Program-made: the position numbers and the translations under genes | From: a bacterium | Lineage (GTDB): Bacteria; Hinthialibacterota; Hinthialibacteria; Hinthialibacterales; Hinthialibacteraceae | Assembly (NCBI GenBank): GCA_963662285.2 | Contig: CAXXMV010000001.1 | Coordinates: 384,001-448,000 of the forward strand | Reading direction: 5' to 3' | DNA: 64,000 nt | Part shown: in pieces, positions 39,836 through 50,552 of the stretch | How positions within the stretch are numbered: the stretch's first letter is position 1 | How the letters are laid out: each line of letters begins with the position of its first letter | The notes under the pieces: generated by a model | The model's database searches: none | Seen by the model: the letters and a program-made list of their open reading frames with translations, nothing else | Told to the model about the DNA's origin: nothing

Positions 39836-41434
39836 ATGAAAACCACAGATTCAACTTGCACCAGACGTGACGCTCTGAAAATATTCGGCGGCGCAGCCGC
39901 AGCAGTCGCAACGCCGGGATTAATGGCTCAAGCTGCTGATGCAGATAAAAAACGCCCCAACATCATCGTTATTATGGCTGACGATATGGGTTTTTCCGAT
40001 ATCGGGTGTTATGGCTCCGAAATCAGGACTCCCAATCTAGACCGCATCGCCAAAGGCGGACTGCGTTTTACCCAGTTTTACAACTGCGCACGCTGCTGCC
40101 CGACCCGCGCATCGCTGCTGACCGGACTTTATCCACATCAAGCCGGAATCGGTCATATGATTGATGATCGTGGAATCCCTTCATACCAGGGTTATCTTAA
40201 CCAGAATTGCGTCACTATCGCCGAAGCCATCAAACCCGGAGGCTACCACGCTCTGATGTCCGGCAAGTGGCATGTCGGCGAAGATAAAGCGCATTGGCCG
40301 CTGCAACGCGGTTTTGAAAAATACCGCGGTTTGATCAGCGGCGCCAGCAACTATTTCAAACTCGACAAAGGCCGCAAGTACGCCCACGATAATAAGTCCA
40401 TCACCAATCTGGGAAGTAAATTCTATATGACCGACGCCATATCCGATAACGCCGTTAATCAGATTGACGAGTACGGTAAAAAAGACGATCCATTCTTTAT
40501 GTACGTGGCCTACACTGCTCCGCACTGGCCATTACACGCCAAACCCGAAGATATCAAGAAATACCAGAAACAATACGTCATCGGCTGGGACGCGCTGCGC
40601 AAATGGCGCCATAAAAACATGATTAAAAAAGGCATCGTTGACGCCAAATGGGAAATCACTCCCCGCGATGAACAAGCGCCTGAATGGAGAGACGACTCAG
40701 TCAACCGCAAATGGGAAGCTGAACGCATGGCGGTGTACGCCGCACAAATCGATAGTATGGATCAAGGCATCGGGCGCATCCTGGCCAAATTGGATGAGTT
40801 GAAAATCTCTGATGACACCATGATTCTCTTCCTGGCCGATAACGGCGGATGCGCTGAAGACCGGCCCGGCAATGATCCTAAAATCTCTCCGGGATCAGAG
40901 AAAACCTTCCAGAGTTACGGTCTGCCCTGGGCTAACGCCAGCAACACCCCGTTCCGGCGCTATAAACATTGGGTGCACGAAGGCGGCATCTCCACGCCAT
41001 TAATCGCCTATTGCCCCTCACGCATAAAGGCCGGACAGATCACCCATCAACCCGGTCACGTAATGGATATTCTACCCACCTGCCTCGATTACGCAGGAGT
41101 CGAGTATCCCGAGACATATAAGGATAACACAATAACTCCAGTCGAAGGAAAAAGTCTGCGCCCCATCTTCGAAGGCGAAAAACGCCCCGGACACAAAGCC
41201 ATCTTCTGGGAACATGAAGGCAACAAAGCAGTCCGACAGGGCAAATGGAAACTGGTATCCAAACATCCCGAAAACTGGGAACTATACGATATAGACGCCG
41301 ACCGCACCGAAATGCACGACCTCGCTCCAGATAATCCCGAACGCGTCAAAACCCTAGCCGCCCTGCATCAGGAATGGGCCGATAAAGTAGGATCAAAACC
41401 CTGGGATGAAGTTAAAGACATGAAGAAGAAATAA
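39836..41434 (+). CDS. Tat-exported arylsulfatase
   Basis: TRRDALK Tat motif, PNIIVIMADDMG, CCPTRASLLTG (formylglycine site), GKWH. Confidence 0.95.
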   Translation: MKTTDSTCTRRDALKIFGGAAAAVATPGLMAQAADADKKRPNIIVIMADDMGFSDIGCYGSEIRTPNLDRIAKGGLRFTQFYNCARCCPTRASLLTGLYPHQAGIGHMIDDRGIPSYQGYLNQNCVTIAEAIKPGGYHALMSGKWHVGEDKAHWPLQRGFEKYRGLISGASNYFKLDKGRKYAHDNKSITNLGSKFYMTDAISDNAVNQIDEYGKKDDPFFMYVAYTAPHWPLHAKPEDIKKYQKQYVIGWDALRKWRHKNMIKKGIVDAKWEITPRDEQAPEWRDDSVNRKWEAERMAVYAAQIDSMDQGIGRILAKLDELKISDDTMILFLADNGGCAEDRPGNDPKISPGSEKTFQSYGLPWANASNTPFRRYKHWVHEGGISTPLIAYCPSRIKAGQITHQPGHVMDILPTCLDYAGVEYPETYKDNTITPVEGKSLRPIFEGEKRPGHKAIFWEHEGNKAVRQGKWKLVSKHPENWELYDIDADRTEMHDLAPDNPERVKTLAALHQEWADKVGSKPWDEVKDMKKK

Positions 41435-41454
41435 AACAGAATACGATTTACCAA

Positions 41455-41481
41455 GGGCATGAGAAAATCTTTCTCATGCCC
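41455..41481. terminator. Hairpin terminator between convergent genes
   Basis: GGGCATGAGAAA-N3-TTTCTCATGCCC perfect stem. Confidence 0.75.
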
Positions 41482-41585
41482 CATTTTCATAATAACAACA
41501 ATCTTTTTCTTATTATGCTTCAGCAATTCATAGGCGTAGCGATTATTATACTGGCCCGGCAATCAACACCGGCGCCATGAAATAC

Positions 41586-42409
41586 AAGATCACTCAGTTT
41601 GATTATTTATTGGTAGAATCAGATAAAACTTCGTTCCTATACCCATTTCACTTTTTACAGTGATGTCGCCCCTATGCTGTTCTACGATGCTATGAGCGAT
41701 GGATAGTCCAAGTCCGGTTCCTTGACCTACAAGCTTTGTTGTAAAGAATGGGTCGTAAATTTTAGTTTTGATATCCTCAGGGATTCCCTTTCCATCATCC
41801 CTGATTTGGATGACGACATTATTCGCTTCCCGTTGCGTCGAAATCCAAATATTTCCTTTCTCTTTAATCGCGTCGACTGCGTTGGAAAGGATATTCATGA
41901 AGACTTGATTGATTTGACCTGGGGAGCAGGTTATTGACGGAATATCTCCGAATGATTTGTGTACAATGATTCGATCATCCATTCTGGATTGGAGAAGATC
42001 GACACACGAATCGATAGCTTCGTGGATATCGTACAAGGACTGATAATTGGCATCGACCTGGATATATTGACGAAGATCGTTGACGATCTTCGATATTCGA
42101 TTGGATCCATCTTCGAATGATTTCAACAATCGTTCGCTGTCTTTTTGCGCAAATTCCAAATCTTCCTCTTTCTGAATGGACGTATAGTCGTTGCGCAATT
42201 CGGTGGACATAGAGTCGACATTCTTCCCCAAGGCGACAAAAAGCCGCTTGTAGCCTTCCAAGTAAGATTTCAGCGGTTCAATATTGGATTTAATAAACGT
42301 GATTGGATTGTTGATCTCATGCGCAACGCCCGCCACGAGCTGGCCTAAAGAAGCCATTTTTTCGGATTGGATGAGTTTGTCTTGAGTAGTTTTTAATTCC
42401 GCCGTGCGT
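41586..42409. repeat. ~820-bp direct repeat copy 1 (kinase core)
   Basis: Near-identical to 43333-44156 (offset 1747). Confidence 0.9.
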
Positions 42410-43269
42410 TGCTCGACGCGGTCTTCCAGTTCAGCATTTAATATTTCTAAATTCTTTGAGGTTATTGCAGATTTTAATGAAACATAAATTGAAAGCGACA
42501 CAAATAAAAATATAAAAGAAAAATCATGAATAAATACTGTATCTTCAACAATAACAAACATGCTATTGATTTCTACAATAAAAATCGGGATTATCCCAAT
42601 AATAAAAATATATATTCCCTCGATTTTTTGACGAATTGCATTGATCAAACACCTGATACCTTCAAAACCAATTAAACACAAAAAGATGGAATGAATATAA
42701 GTATCAAAAATAGCAAAATATTCTAAATATTCGTTTGGCGTAATAAAACACAATAAACAATATACTATAACAAATAATAGCAAATACAAAAATTGCCGAG
42801 GCATTCTATTTGATGTTAAGTAATAGCAAAACAGTAACCCCAACAATAAAGACAGATCAGAAAAAAAAGCAATAATGATTGAAAAATCTGAATAGTCACT
42901 CACATACATTTCCATATAGAATTTCAAATAATATAATATTGCAATGCTCAACATAAAGATGGAAAAGACTAAGTTTTGAGTTTGCTTAGGATAAAAAACA
43001 TACGTAAATAAATGTATTATAAAAAACACGAATGGAATTATTGTTGATGTGGGTATGTTCAATAAACTGTATGCCTCATCTGTATTGAGATTAATTTTAT
43101 TGACCTCAACGCGACCGGGTATTTTATGTACGCCTAATTGTGGAGCAAATTCCGATTCAAAACCAAAATAAGCCGTAGCATCAAAAACCCCCAGATCGGA
43201 ACTCTGCTGAGACCACGAACAAATACAGATTAAATGTAATAGAAGAATTATAAAAAGCGAGATTCTCAT
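41590..43269 (-). CDS. Multi-TM sensor histidine kinase (short extracellular domain)
   Basis: Signal peptide, ~7 TM helices, AHEINNP H-box, N/G1/G2 boxes. Confidence 0.92.
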   Translation of the reverse strand: MRISLFIILLLHLICICSWSQQSSDLGVFDATAYFGFESEFAPQLGVHKIPGRVEVNKINLNTDEAYSLLNIPTSTIIPFVFFIIHLFTYVFYPKQTQNLVFSIFMLSIAILYYLKFYMEMYVSDYSDFSIIIAFFSDLSLLLGLLFCYYLTSNRMPRQFLYLLLFVIVYCLLCFITPNEYLEYFAIFDTYIHSIFLCLIGFEGIRCLINAIRQKIEGIYIFIIGIIPIFIVEINSMFVIVEDTVFIHDFSFIFLFVSLSIYVSLKSAITSKNLEILNAELEDRVEQRTAELKTTQDKLIQSEKMASLGQLVAGVAHEINNPITFIKSNIEPLKSYLEGYKRLFVALGKNVDSMSTELRNDYTSIQKEEDLEFAQKDSERLLKSFEDGSNRISKIVNDLRQYIQVDANYQSLYDIHEAIDSCVDLLQSRMDDRIIVHKSFGDIPSITCSPGQINQVFMNILSNAVDAIKEKGNIWISTQREANNVVIQIRDDGKGIPEDIKTKIYDPFFTTKLVGQGTGLGLSIAHSIVEQHRGDITVKSEMGIGTKFYLILPINNQTE

Positions 43270-43332
43270 GATTACTGACCTTCCTCAATACTATTCACAC
43301 AAATGCGTTTTTTGAGACGACTAGATAAATAT

Positions 43333-44156
43333 AAGATCACTCAGTTTGATTATTTATTGGTAGAATCAGATTAAACTTCGTTCCTATACCCATTTCACTT
43401 TCTACGGTGATATCGCCCCTATGCTGTTCTACGATGCTATGAGCGATGGATAGTCCAAGTCCGGTTCCTTGACCTACAAGCTTTGTTGTAAAGAATGGGT
43501 CGTAAATTTTAGTTTTGATATCCTCAGGGATTCCCTTTCCATCATCCCTGATTTGGATGACAACATTATTCGCTTCCCGTTGCGTCGAAATCCAAATATT
43601 TCCTTTCTCTTTAATCGCGTCGACTGCGTTGGAAAGGATATTCATGAAGACTTGATTGATTTGACCTGGGGAGCAGGTTATTGACGGAATATCTCCGAAT
43701 GATTTGTGTACAATGATTCGATCATCCATTCTGGATTGGAGAAGATCGACACACGAATCGATAGCTTCGTGGATATCGTACAAGGACTGATAATTGGCAT
43801 CGACCTGGATATATTGACGAAGATCGTTGACGATCTTCGATATTCTATTGGAGCCATCTTCGAATGACTTCAACAATCGTTCGCTGTCCTCCTGCGCGAA
43901 AGCCAAATCTTCCTCTTTATGAATCGTGGTATAGTCGTTGCGCAGTTCTGCGGACATGGTGTCGACGTTCTTCCCCAAGGCGACAAAAAGCCGCTTGTAA
44001 CCTTCCAAATAGGATTTCAGCGGTTCGATATTAGATTTTATAAACGTAATAGGATTGTTGATCTCATGCGCAACACCCGCCACGAGCTGGCCTAAAGAAG
44101 CCATTTTTTCGGATTGGATAAGTTTGTCTTGAGTGGCTTTTAATTGCTCCGTGCGC
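43333..44156. repeat. ~820-bp direct repeat copy 2 (kinase core)
   Basis: Near-identical to 41586-42409. Confidence 0.9.
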
Positions 44157-45913
44157 TGTATCACACGTAGTTCGAGATTCTCATTCAGAGATTCCAAGTT
44201 TGTTCTCGTTTTAGCATAGCGATACGCAAGAAACATAGATAAAAACAAAAACCCAAGCATAAAAAATGAATAATGAAAGTACTGATATGTCCAATATGTA
44301 TAACGCTCAAGAAATCCAAAATAGCAATCCAGTGACACAATAAATAATGGAATAGAAAATACAAAAGCCGCCAAAAGTAAAAATACTATACCTTCCACTT
44401 TTTTTACTATCGCCAGCCGAGTCATTCGAAACAATTCAATTGCAACAGCAATTTTGAAAAAATGATCTAGCACAATCATAAATAATGGTGGATTCCAAAA
44501 CAAATAGGAATAACAATAATAAATAAAAATATCAACAATCCGATAAAAACAACCATAAATCACTAATCCCCAAAAAACTTTTGGAGTTGATACATTTAAT
44601 ATACTATAAGAAAATAATAACACAAAAAACATGATTAAATACCATGCCCATACACAAGTAAACGTAAAATATATTTCTTTTTCTAAATCACAATTCACAC
44701 TTTCAAAATTACAAAAAGTTACAATAGAAATTAACAATAATCCCAGAGCCCAATATAAATTTTCACTTTTCTTTTTATTAAACAAATAAAGAAAAAAATG
44801 GACAATAAAGAGCAGAAATGGAAACGCAGAACACACATCACCAAATCTCGTAAACGGAATCAATTCATCTAATGATAACCAACTCTTTAATATGCGATAC
44901 TCTCCACCTATCTCTTCTTCATTCAGGAAACCACGAAAAGTAATCCATCGCTTCGGATTAGATGGAGCCAACATGTTATACGAAAGAAGCGTATCTCCTG
45001 GTTTAAAAGTCTTGCTCCAAGATATTGTAGAATCTCTAACAATACCATTATGAGAAATTTCAAGCGGGCTCCATTCTTGGGGAATCCTTTCCTGTATACA
45101 CATATCATGATCGAATGGATTTGGATTAAAAACTTTAATAAAAACATTCACAAAATTATTTGGAACAAAAGTATGTTCTCTAAATAGTCGAAGCGCGTGA
45201 GGTGGCGGGTAAGCAAACTTAACTTTACTAACTTTTATCTCAAAAGGTTTGGTATTTTTAGAATCATTGTTCATAAAAATGCCAAATCCAACATCTCCAT
45301 TCAGAGACATGCCACTCGTCCAAGCGTATTCCCAGTTGAGACCATCGTTAGATATATAACATTCCATATAGTTTGACGAAGTGTATCTTAAAATGCGTAA
45401 ATATATACCATCCGTATAATCAGATGCATAATTAAGTAGTTTGGATGGAAAAGGATGGTTGATCAAATCTCTTTTTTCATTGTTATTAAATCGACATTGA
45501 ACAATATGTCTTAATTGATTATTTTCTTTTTTTTGAACAAAATGACCAAAATACCTTGAACTATTGGATTCGGGATTTTCTCTAACCATTAACCCAAATT
45601 TATACTCTACACTGTCAGTGTCTACGAATTGAAAACGAGCGCTGAATTCCCGGGATCCTTTCTTTTTAGCGTAAAGATATAAACCATCGTCAGTACGATG
45701 ATCTACAGTATCTTTTCCCCAACCACTAATATTGTAAATAAATCCATCTTCTGATTTAACAATGCTAACATCTCCACCAGCATTTGAAGATATGATTTCT
45801 TCGGAATGGAATATTGCAGTCGCATCAAAAATACCCAGATCGGATATCTGTTGAGACCACGAACAAAGACAGAGTAACTGAATAAAAAGGAAAAGTAGAA
45901 GCGAGATTCTCAT
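43337..45913 (-). CDS. Multi-TM sensor histidine kinase with large extracellular beta domains
   Basis: Same MRISL...SWSQQ..DLG.FDATA start as the paralog, ~330-aa ectodomain, ~7 TM helices, near-identical kinase core. Confidence 0.92.
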   Translation of the reverse strand: MRISLLLFLFIQLLCLCSWSQQISDLGIFDATAIFHSEEIISSNAGGDVSIVKSEDGFIYNISGWGKDTVDHRTDDGLYLYAKKKGSREFSARFQFVDTDSVEYKFGLMVRENPESNSSRYFGHFVQKKENNQLRHIVQCRFNNNEKRDLINHPFPSKLLNYASDYTDGIYLRILRYTSSNYMECYISNDGLNWEYAWTSGMSLNGDVGFGIFMNNDSKNTKPFEIKVSKVKFAYPPPHALRLFREHTFVPNNFVNVFIKVFNPNPFDHDMCIQERIPQEWSPLEISHNGIVRDSTISWSKTFKPGDTLLSYNMLAPSNPKRWITFRGFLNEEEIGGEYRILKSWLSLDELIPFTRFGDVCSAFPFLLFIVHFFLYLFNKKKSENLYWALGLLLISIVTFCNFESVNCDLEKEIYFTFTCVWAWYLIMFFVLLFSYSILNVSTPKVFWGLVIYGCFYRIVDIFIYYCYSYLFWNPPLFMIVLDHFFKIAVAIELFRMTRLAIVKKVEGIVFLLLAAFVFSIPLFIVSLDCYFGFLERYTYWTYQYFHYSFFMLGFLFLSMFLAYRYAKTRTNLESLNENLELRVIQRTEQLKATQDKLIQSEKMASLGQLVAGVAHEINNPITFIKSNIEPLKSYLEGYKRLFVALGKNVDTMSAELRNDYTTIHKEEDLAFAQEDSERLLKSFEDGSNRISKIVNDLRQYIQVDANYQSLYDIHEAIDSCVDLLQSRMDDRIIVHKSFGDIPSITCSPGQINQVFMNILSNAVDAIKEKGNIWISTQREANNVVIQIRDDGKGIPEDIKTKIYDPFFTTKLVGQGTGLGLSIAHSIVEQHRGDITVESEMGIGTKFNLILPINNQTE

Positions 45914-45996
45914 GATCACCATCCTTAAGAATGATTTCATCAAAATAATTCGATAGTAAAAAACTTTCCGATGCCCTTATTGTGCCAGTATATCAA

Positions 45997-47721
45997 CTAT
46001 TGCTTATTATTCTTCAACAATTCCCGCGCATAGCGTTTTGATGCGGCAATATCATCCCCGCCCAACATGCGCGCCAGTTCATCCTCGCGCTCCTGGCCTT
46101 CGAGGACGGTTACGGTGCTGGATAGTCGGCCTTTGGTTTGTTTTTTATCCACCCGCAGGTTGCGGTCGGCCCGTGATGCAATCTGGGGAAGGTGGGTGAT
46201 GCATAGAACCTGCTTGTCGGAACTTAATGCGCCCAGTCGTTCAGCGATGGCGTCAGCCGTGCGGCCTCCGACGCCTACGTCGATCTCATCAAACACCATC
46301 AATGGAACCGAATCGGCCCGACCGAAGACGCACTTTATCGCCAGCATGATGCGTGAAATTTCTCCCCCGGAAGCCACATCTTTCAGCGGCCTGGGAGGTC
46401 GGTCGGGAATGGTGCTGATCAGGAACTCTACCTCATCGGCGCCCTCAGGACCAAAAGCCACTGGACGTTCTTCACCTATATCAATCCCGGATGATAAGCA
46501 GCGGTAGTTGACCTGAATCTCGAATCGCGCCGTATCCATACCGAGAGGCTTCATCTCCGCCTCGATTTTTTTGGCGATCTTGCGGGCTGTGGCGCCGCGT
46601 TTTTGATGCAATTGCCCACTCTGTTCTATCAAGCGCGTGCGGATAGTCTCTTCTTCATGGCGCAGTTCTTCACGCTCCTGATCAAGATGCTCGATGCGAT
46701 CCAGTTCTTCCTTGCTGCGGTTACGGAATTCAATGATATCAGCAATGCTGGCGCCATATTTATTCTTAAGCCCTTTAATCAGAAAACGCCTTTCCTGAAG
46801 CCGGTCAAGTTCATCCGGATCGAATTCCAACGACAGATTAAGCGATTCAAAATCACGCGCCGCTTCGCGTAGAGTGATAGCGGCTGACTGCCAATTCTCC
46901 AGAATCGGCTTAACGCTGCCATCCAACTCTGCAATATGAGCGATCAGCGATTCCATACGATCCAACTCATCCAACAGAGCCGCCCGGTGATCATCGTTCT
47001 CGTTTAATCCCTGGAGAATATCGTTGCACCATTGATGCAGTTTTTCTGAATGTTGAATAATTTTCAGACGGTTGCCAATCTCCTCGTCTTCGTTATCCAG
47101 CAGTTCGGCTTTGTCGATCTCTTCAACCTGGAAGCGCAGGATATCTTCTCGCCGCAAGCGCTCGCGCTCATCTTCATCCAGCGACTTGAGCCGTTCGATA
47201 ACATCTTTCCATGATTTATACGTCTCACGGTATTTAAGAAGTAGATCATCATAAGAACCAAAGCGATCCAACAATGGACGGTAACTATTTTTCTGCAAGA
47301 GCGACTGATGTTCGTGCTGACCGTGAAGATCCATCAGCAACTCGCCTAAACTTTTCAGCACCTTCAACAGACACAGCGAGTTATTAAGAAAAATCCGGTT
47401 GCGCCCATTGGGCGACAGAGTCCGCTTGATAAGCAGGTTGCCGTCTTCCCACTCCACGCCAGCCTCTTCCAACAGTTCTTGCATGGCTTGGGTCTGGGCA
47501 TGACCCGATGGGATATCAAACTCCGCTTCGACCGACGCTTCCCGCCCGGCGTCACGTGCGCTATCCGCCGAACCGCGTTCGCCCACCAGCAGCCCCAGCG
47601 CCCCGGCCAGGATAGACTTACCCGCCCCGGTCTCGCCAGTCAATACGTTCAACCCCGGATGAAACTCAATCCGGCAATCATCGATCAACACGAAATTTTT
47701 AATGTGAAGAGAAACTAACAT
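45997..47721 (-). CDS. recN: DNA repair protein RecN
   Basis: LTGETGAGKS, LHGQHEHQ, ASGGEISR, FDEIDVG, ITHLPQIA. Confidence 0.96.
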   Translation of the reverse strand: MLVSLHIKNFVLIDDCRIEFHPGLNVLTGETGAGKSILAGALGLLVGERGSADSARDAGREASVEAEFDIPSGHAQTQAMQELLEEAGVEWEDGNLLIKRTLSPNGRNRIFLNNSLCLLKVLKSLGELLMDLHGQHEHQSLLQKNSYRPLLDRFGSYDDLLLKYRETYKSWKDVIERLKSLDEDERERLRREDILRFQVEEIDKAELLDNEDEEIGNRLKIIQHSEKLHQWCNDILQGLNENDDHRAALLDELDRMESLIAHIAELDGSVKPILENWQSAAITLREAARDFESLNLSLEFDPDELDRLQERRFLIKGLKNKYGASIADIIEFRNRSKEELDRIEHLDQEREELRHEEETIRTRLIEQSGQLHQKRGATARKIAKKIEAEMKPLGMDTARFEIQVNYRCLSSGIDIGEERPVAFGPEGADEVEFLISTIPDRPPRPLKDVASGGEISRIMLAIKCVFGRADSVPLMVFDEIDVGVGGRTADAIAERLGALSSDKQVLCITHLPQIASRADRNLRVDKKQTKGRLSSTVTVLEGQEREDELARMLGGDDIAASKRYARELLKNNKQ

Positions 47722-47752
47722 AGGTTTTTCAGTATCGCTCTATATGAAATCG

Positions 47753-49066
47753 TTATTTCAAAGAATCAATTTCCACCACATATATCATAGTAGGCTCTTT
47801 GGGATTCTCCGGCTTGCGGTCTCGGTTTGGTTTATCCACTTGCTGCTGCATGTAATGTTTCTGGCCTTTGGGCAGCGGGCCGATATTGGCAGCGCGAATA
47901 TCAGACAGCCCTAAGCCGGATTGCGCAACCTTCTGATAGGCGAATTGTTCCGCTTTCATTTTAAGCAGTTCATCTCTTGATATGGCCAACTCCTCATTTC
48001 CTTCGCGTATATGAATTTTCCCGCCGCTCCATGATACTCTGGGAATTGGTGGATATTCAGGGATGGTTCCCCGGCCTTCGAACCAGAACTTTTTGTTTAG
48101 ATTGCTGACCTGGACGATTTTCCATTGACCATCTTGAGGCGTGGCGACATACATCTGGTTGAATCCATTCTTATCAAAGCGGGTATAGCCGATATGGGGA
48201 TTGCCCGATTCATCAATAGCCTGCGAACCGCCGTTCATCAACCCCGCGCGCTGGGGGATGTCATCCACAACCTCGGCATTTTCAGGGCGGATGGGTAGAT
48301 CATACTTGGTTCCATCCCAGCGCAGCCAGGTATGTCCTCCATCCAGGCTTTTGGCGTAGCATATATCATGGTTAGTTACAACATCGGGAGTCTCGCGCCA
48401 GCACCACGCGATGTGCAACACGCCATTAGCGTCTTCCTGGATGCCGCCAAAAGGATAGGCGTTGCAGGTCGGATTATGCTCCATACCGCTGATGAAGGCG
48501 TCGCCGGTTCCTGTCCAGGTTTGGTCTTCTTCGTTGTAATGCACCAGGATGCGCTTGCCGTTGCCGCTGCCCCCATGCCGGTACATCATGTGCAGCGATC
48601 CATCGCGGCGAACCAACAGGTTGGGATAAGTCACGCGGTTTTCATTCTTGCCGCTCCATTTATGGATAGCGTCGAAGACCTCAATATCACGAGGTTTCCT
48701 GCTGCGGTAGTATTTCAATGATACGCAGTGCATGTTGCCGGTAACATGAATGAATCCCTCGCGATCCAGGAACATCAATATTTTGTTGTGAGTATCCCAG
48801 CCAACTTTTTCGGGCAGTTTAGTAAACCGCCAATTGGTTTCGCTCAATTTGCGCTGAGCCACCGTCATCTGGTGCTCTGCATCATAATAAGCCAGGTATT
48901 GATACTCTCCATCAGAAACCAGACAACGCCCGCCATTAACCGGATGAGAAGCCAAACCTTTGGCGACGGGAATTTTGTTTATTGTTTCAGCATTCGATGA
49001 ATATGTAGATAGGATTATGCACAAGCAAATCGTCAACTGCGTTATCCGATGAAATAGTGGTTTCAT
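47753..49066 (-). CDS. Secreted BNR_4 repeat (Asp-box propeller) protein, possibly a polysaccharide lyase-like enzyme
   Basis: Signal peptide, WDTHN, IHVTGNMH, TYP, YRHGGSGNG, SLDGGHTW Asp-box. Confidence 0.8.
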   Translation of the reverse strand: MKPLFHRITQLTICLCIILSTYSSNAETINKIPVAKGLASHPVNGGRCLVSDGEYQYLAYYDAEHQMTVAQRKLSETNWRFTKLPEKVGWDTHNKILMFLDREGFIHVTGNMHCVSLKYYRSRKPRDIEVFDAIHKWSGKNENRVTYPNLLVRRDGSLHMMYRHGGSGNGKRILVHYNEEDQTWTGTGDAFISGMEHNPTCNAYPFGGIQEDANGVLHIAWCWRETPDVVTNHDICYAKSLDGGHTWLRWDGTKYDLPIRPENAEVVDDIPQRAGLMNGGSQAIDESGNPHIGYTRFDKNGFNQMYVATPQDGQWKIVQVSNLNKKFWFEGRGTIPEYPPIPRVSWSGGKIHIREGNEELAISRDELLKMKAEQFAYQKVAQSGLGLSDIRAANIGPLPKGQKHYMQQQVDKPNRDRKPENPKEPTMIYVVEIDSLK

Positions 49067-49107
49067 GATTCTTCCCCCTAATTTATTATACCGATCTTCA
49101 AATAACC

Positions 49108-49133
49108 GTAGGGGTAATCCCTTGTGGTTACCC
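49108..49133 (+). repeat. GTAG-type REP
   Basis: GTAG-GGGTAATC-CCTTGT-GGTTACCC imperfect palindrome. Confidence 0.6.
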
Positions 49134-49200
49134 GATTATAAATCCTCTTTGGCTTTTGCAATTTCTCAGGCCGCCGTACATATCGGGCGCCCATGAAAGA

Positions 49201-49287
49201 CAATGTCATTAAGTTAAGTAATTTCACCCTATCGTTGGTGGCTTGATCAAGGGCTGAGCGCAATGCGCTCTTGCCCTTGGCACCCAT
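49201..49287 (-). repeat. 87-bp dispersed repeat with GGG(C/T)GCCAAGGG hairpin end
   Basis: 79/87 identical to 59882-59968 by manual alignment. Confidence 0.85.
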
Positions 49288-49343
49288 ATTAACATAGGTG
49301 AATTAAATTCCCCCTAGCCCTTGGCGGGAGAGGGAACAAAACC

Positions 49344-49380
49344 AAAAAACCGGGGTACTTCATAGGAAGCGCCCCGGTTT
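49344..49380 (-). terminator. Intrinsic terminator after ilvC
   Basis: Minus strand AAACCGGGGCGCTTC-CTAT-GAAGTACCCCGG-TTTTTT. Confidence 0.8.
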
Positions 49381-49422
49381 GATAGGTGACAGTATTAATA
49401 TTCGCAATAACGCGAATATATC

Positions 49423-50415
49423 TTATTTCTTGTTGAGCCAAGGCATCAAAGCGCGTAGTTCTTTGCCTACAACTTCGACGGAATGGTTTTTGTCTTTGTT
49501 CTGTAATGCGTTGAAAACAGGTTTGTTGGCCTGATTTTCGAGAATCCATTCACGGGCGAATTCGCCGCTCTGGATTTCGGATAATATCTGGCGCATTTCA
49601 TCTTTGGTATCTTCGGTGATGATGCGCGGGCCGCGGGTCAAATCGCCGTATTCGGCTGTATCAGAGATGCTGTAGCGCATTCCGGCAACGCCGTTCTCAT
49701 AGATCAGGTCGATGATCAGTTTAAGTTCATGGACGCATTCGAAATAAGCCATTTCCGGCTGATATCCTGCTTCAACTAGTACTTCGTATCCAGCTTTGAG
49801 CAACGAAGTCAAACCACCGCAAAGTACAACCTGCTCGCCGAAAAGGTCTGTTTCAGTTTCTTCGGGGAAAGTGGTTTCGATAACGCCGGAACGGGTTCCG
49901 CCAGTTCCTTTAGCATAAGCCAGAGCGTTCTCTTTGGCTTTGCCGGAAGCATCCTGATGAACGGCGATCAGCATCGGAACTCCGCCGCCTTCAGTATATG
50001 TACGACGAACCAGATGTCCCGGTCCTTTAGGAGCAACCATGATGACGTCGACGTCAGCCGGGGCAACGATCTGTCCGAAATGAATATTGAAGCCATGAGC
50101 AAAAAGAAGCGTTTTGCCGGCTTTCATTTGAGCGGCGACTTCGTTTTTGTAAACGATAGCCTGAGTCTGATCGGGAACCGTCATGGTGATAATGTCGCCC
50201 TGTTTGGCTGCTTCAGCAGCGGTGAGGACCTCGAAACCATCAGCTTTGGCTTGATCGTAATTGGGGCCTGGCACATCGGCGACCACAACTTTTACGCCGC
50301 TGTCACGCAGGTTCTGCGCATGAGCGTGTCCCTGGCTTCCATAACCGATGATAGCAATAGTTTTGCCTTTCAGCAGATCGAGATTCGCGTCTTTGTCATA
50401 ATACATCTGAACCAT
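49423..50415 (-). CDS. ilvC: Ketol-acid reductoisomerase
   Basis: [39 protein letters not shown]. Confidence 0.97.
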   Translation of the reverse strand: MVQMYYDKDANLDLLKGKTIAIIGYGSQGHAHAQNLRDSGVKVVVADVPGPNYDQAKADGFEVLTAAEAAKQGDIITMTVPDQTQAIVYKNEVAAQMKAGKTLLFAHGFNIHFGQIVAPADVDVIMVAPKGPGHLVRRTYTEGGGVPMLIAVHQDASGKAKENALAYAKGTGGTRSGVIETTFPEETETDLFGEQVVLCGGLTSLLKAGYEVLVEAGYQPEMAYFECVHELKLIIDLIYENGVAGMRYSISDTAEYGDLTRGPRIITEDTKDEMRQILSEIQSGEFAREWILENQANKPVFNALQNKDKNHSVEVVGKELRALMPWLNKK

Positions 50416-50552
50416 CTTTTTGTTCTCCTTCTATTTGGAAATGTTTTTTATTTAAGAATAAAAAAAATTACGCCCGGAAAAGATAATACCGCGCATCCAG
50501 GCGGCTGCCAAGAAGCAGAGAGCATCCACTTTCAGGCAATAAGTAATTTGAC

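Noticed and set aside
49078-49287. 69-aa ORF MGAKGKSALRSALD..., also seen in the ORF at 59870-60112
   Set aside because: It is a translation of the 87-bp hairpin repeat; similarity ends at the repeat boundary
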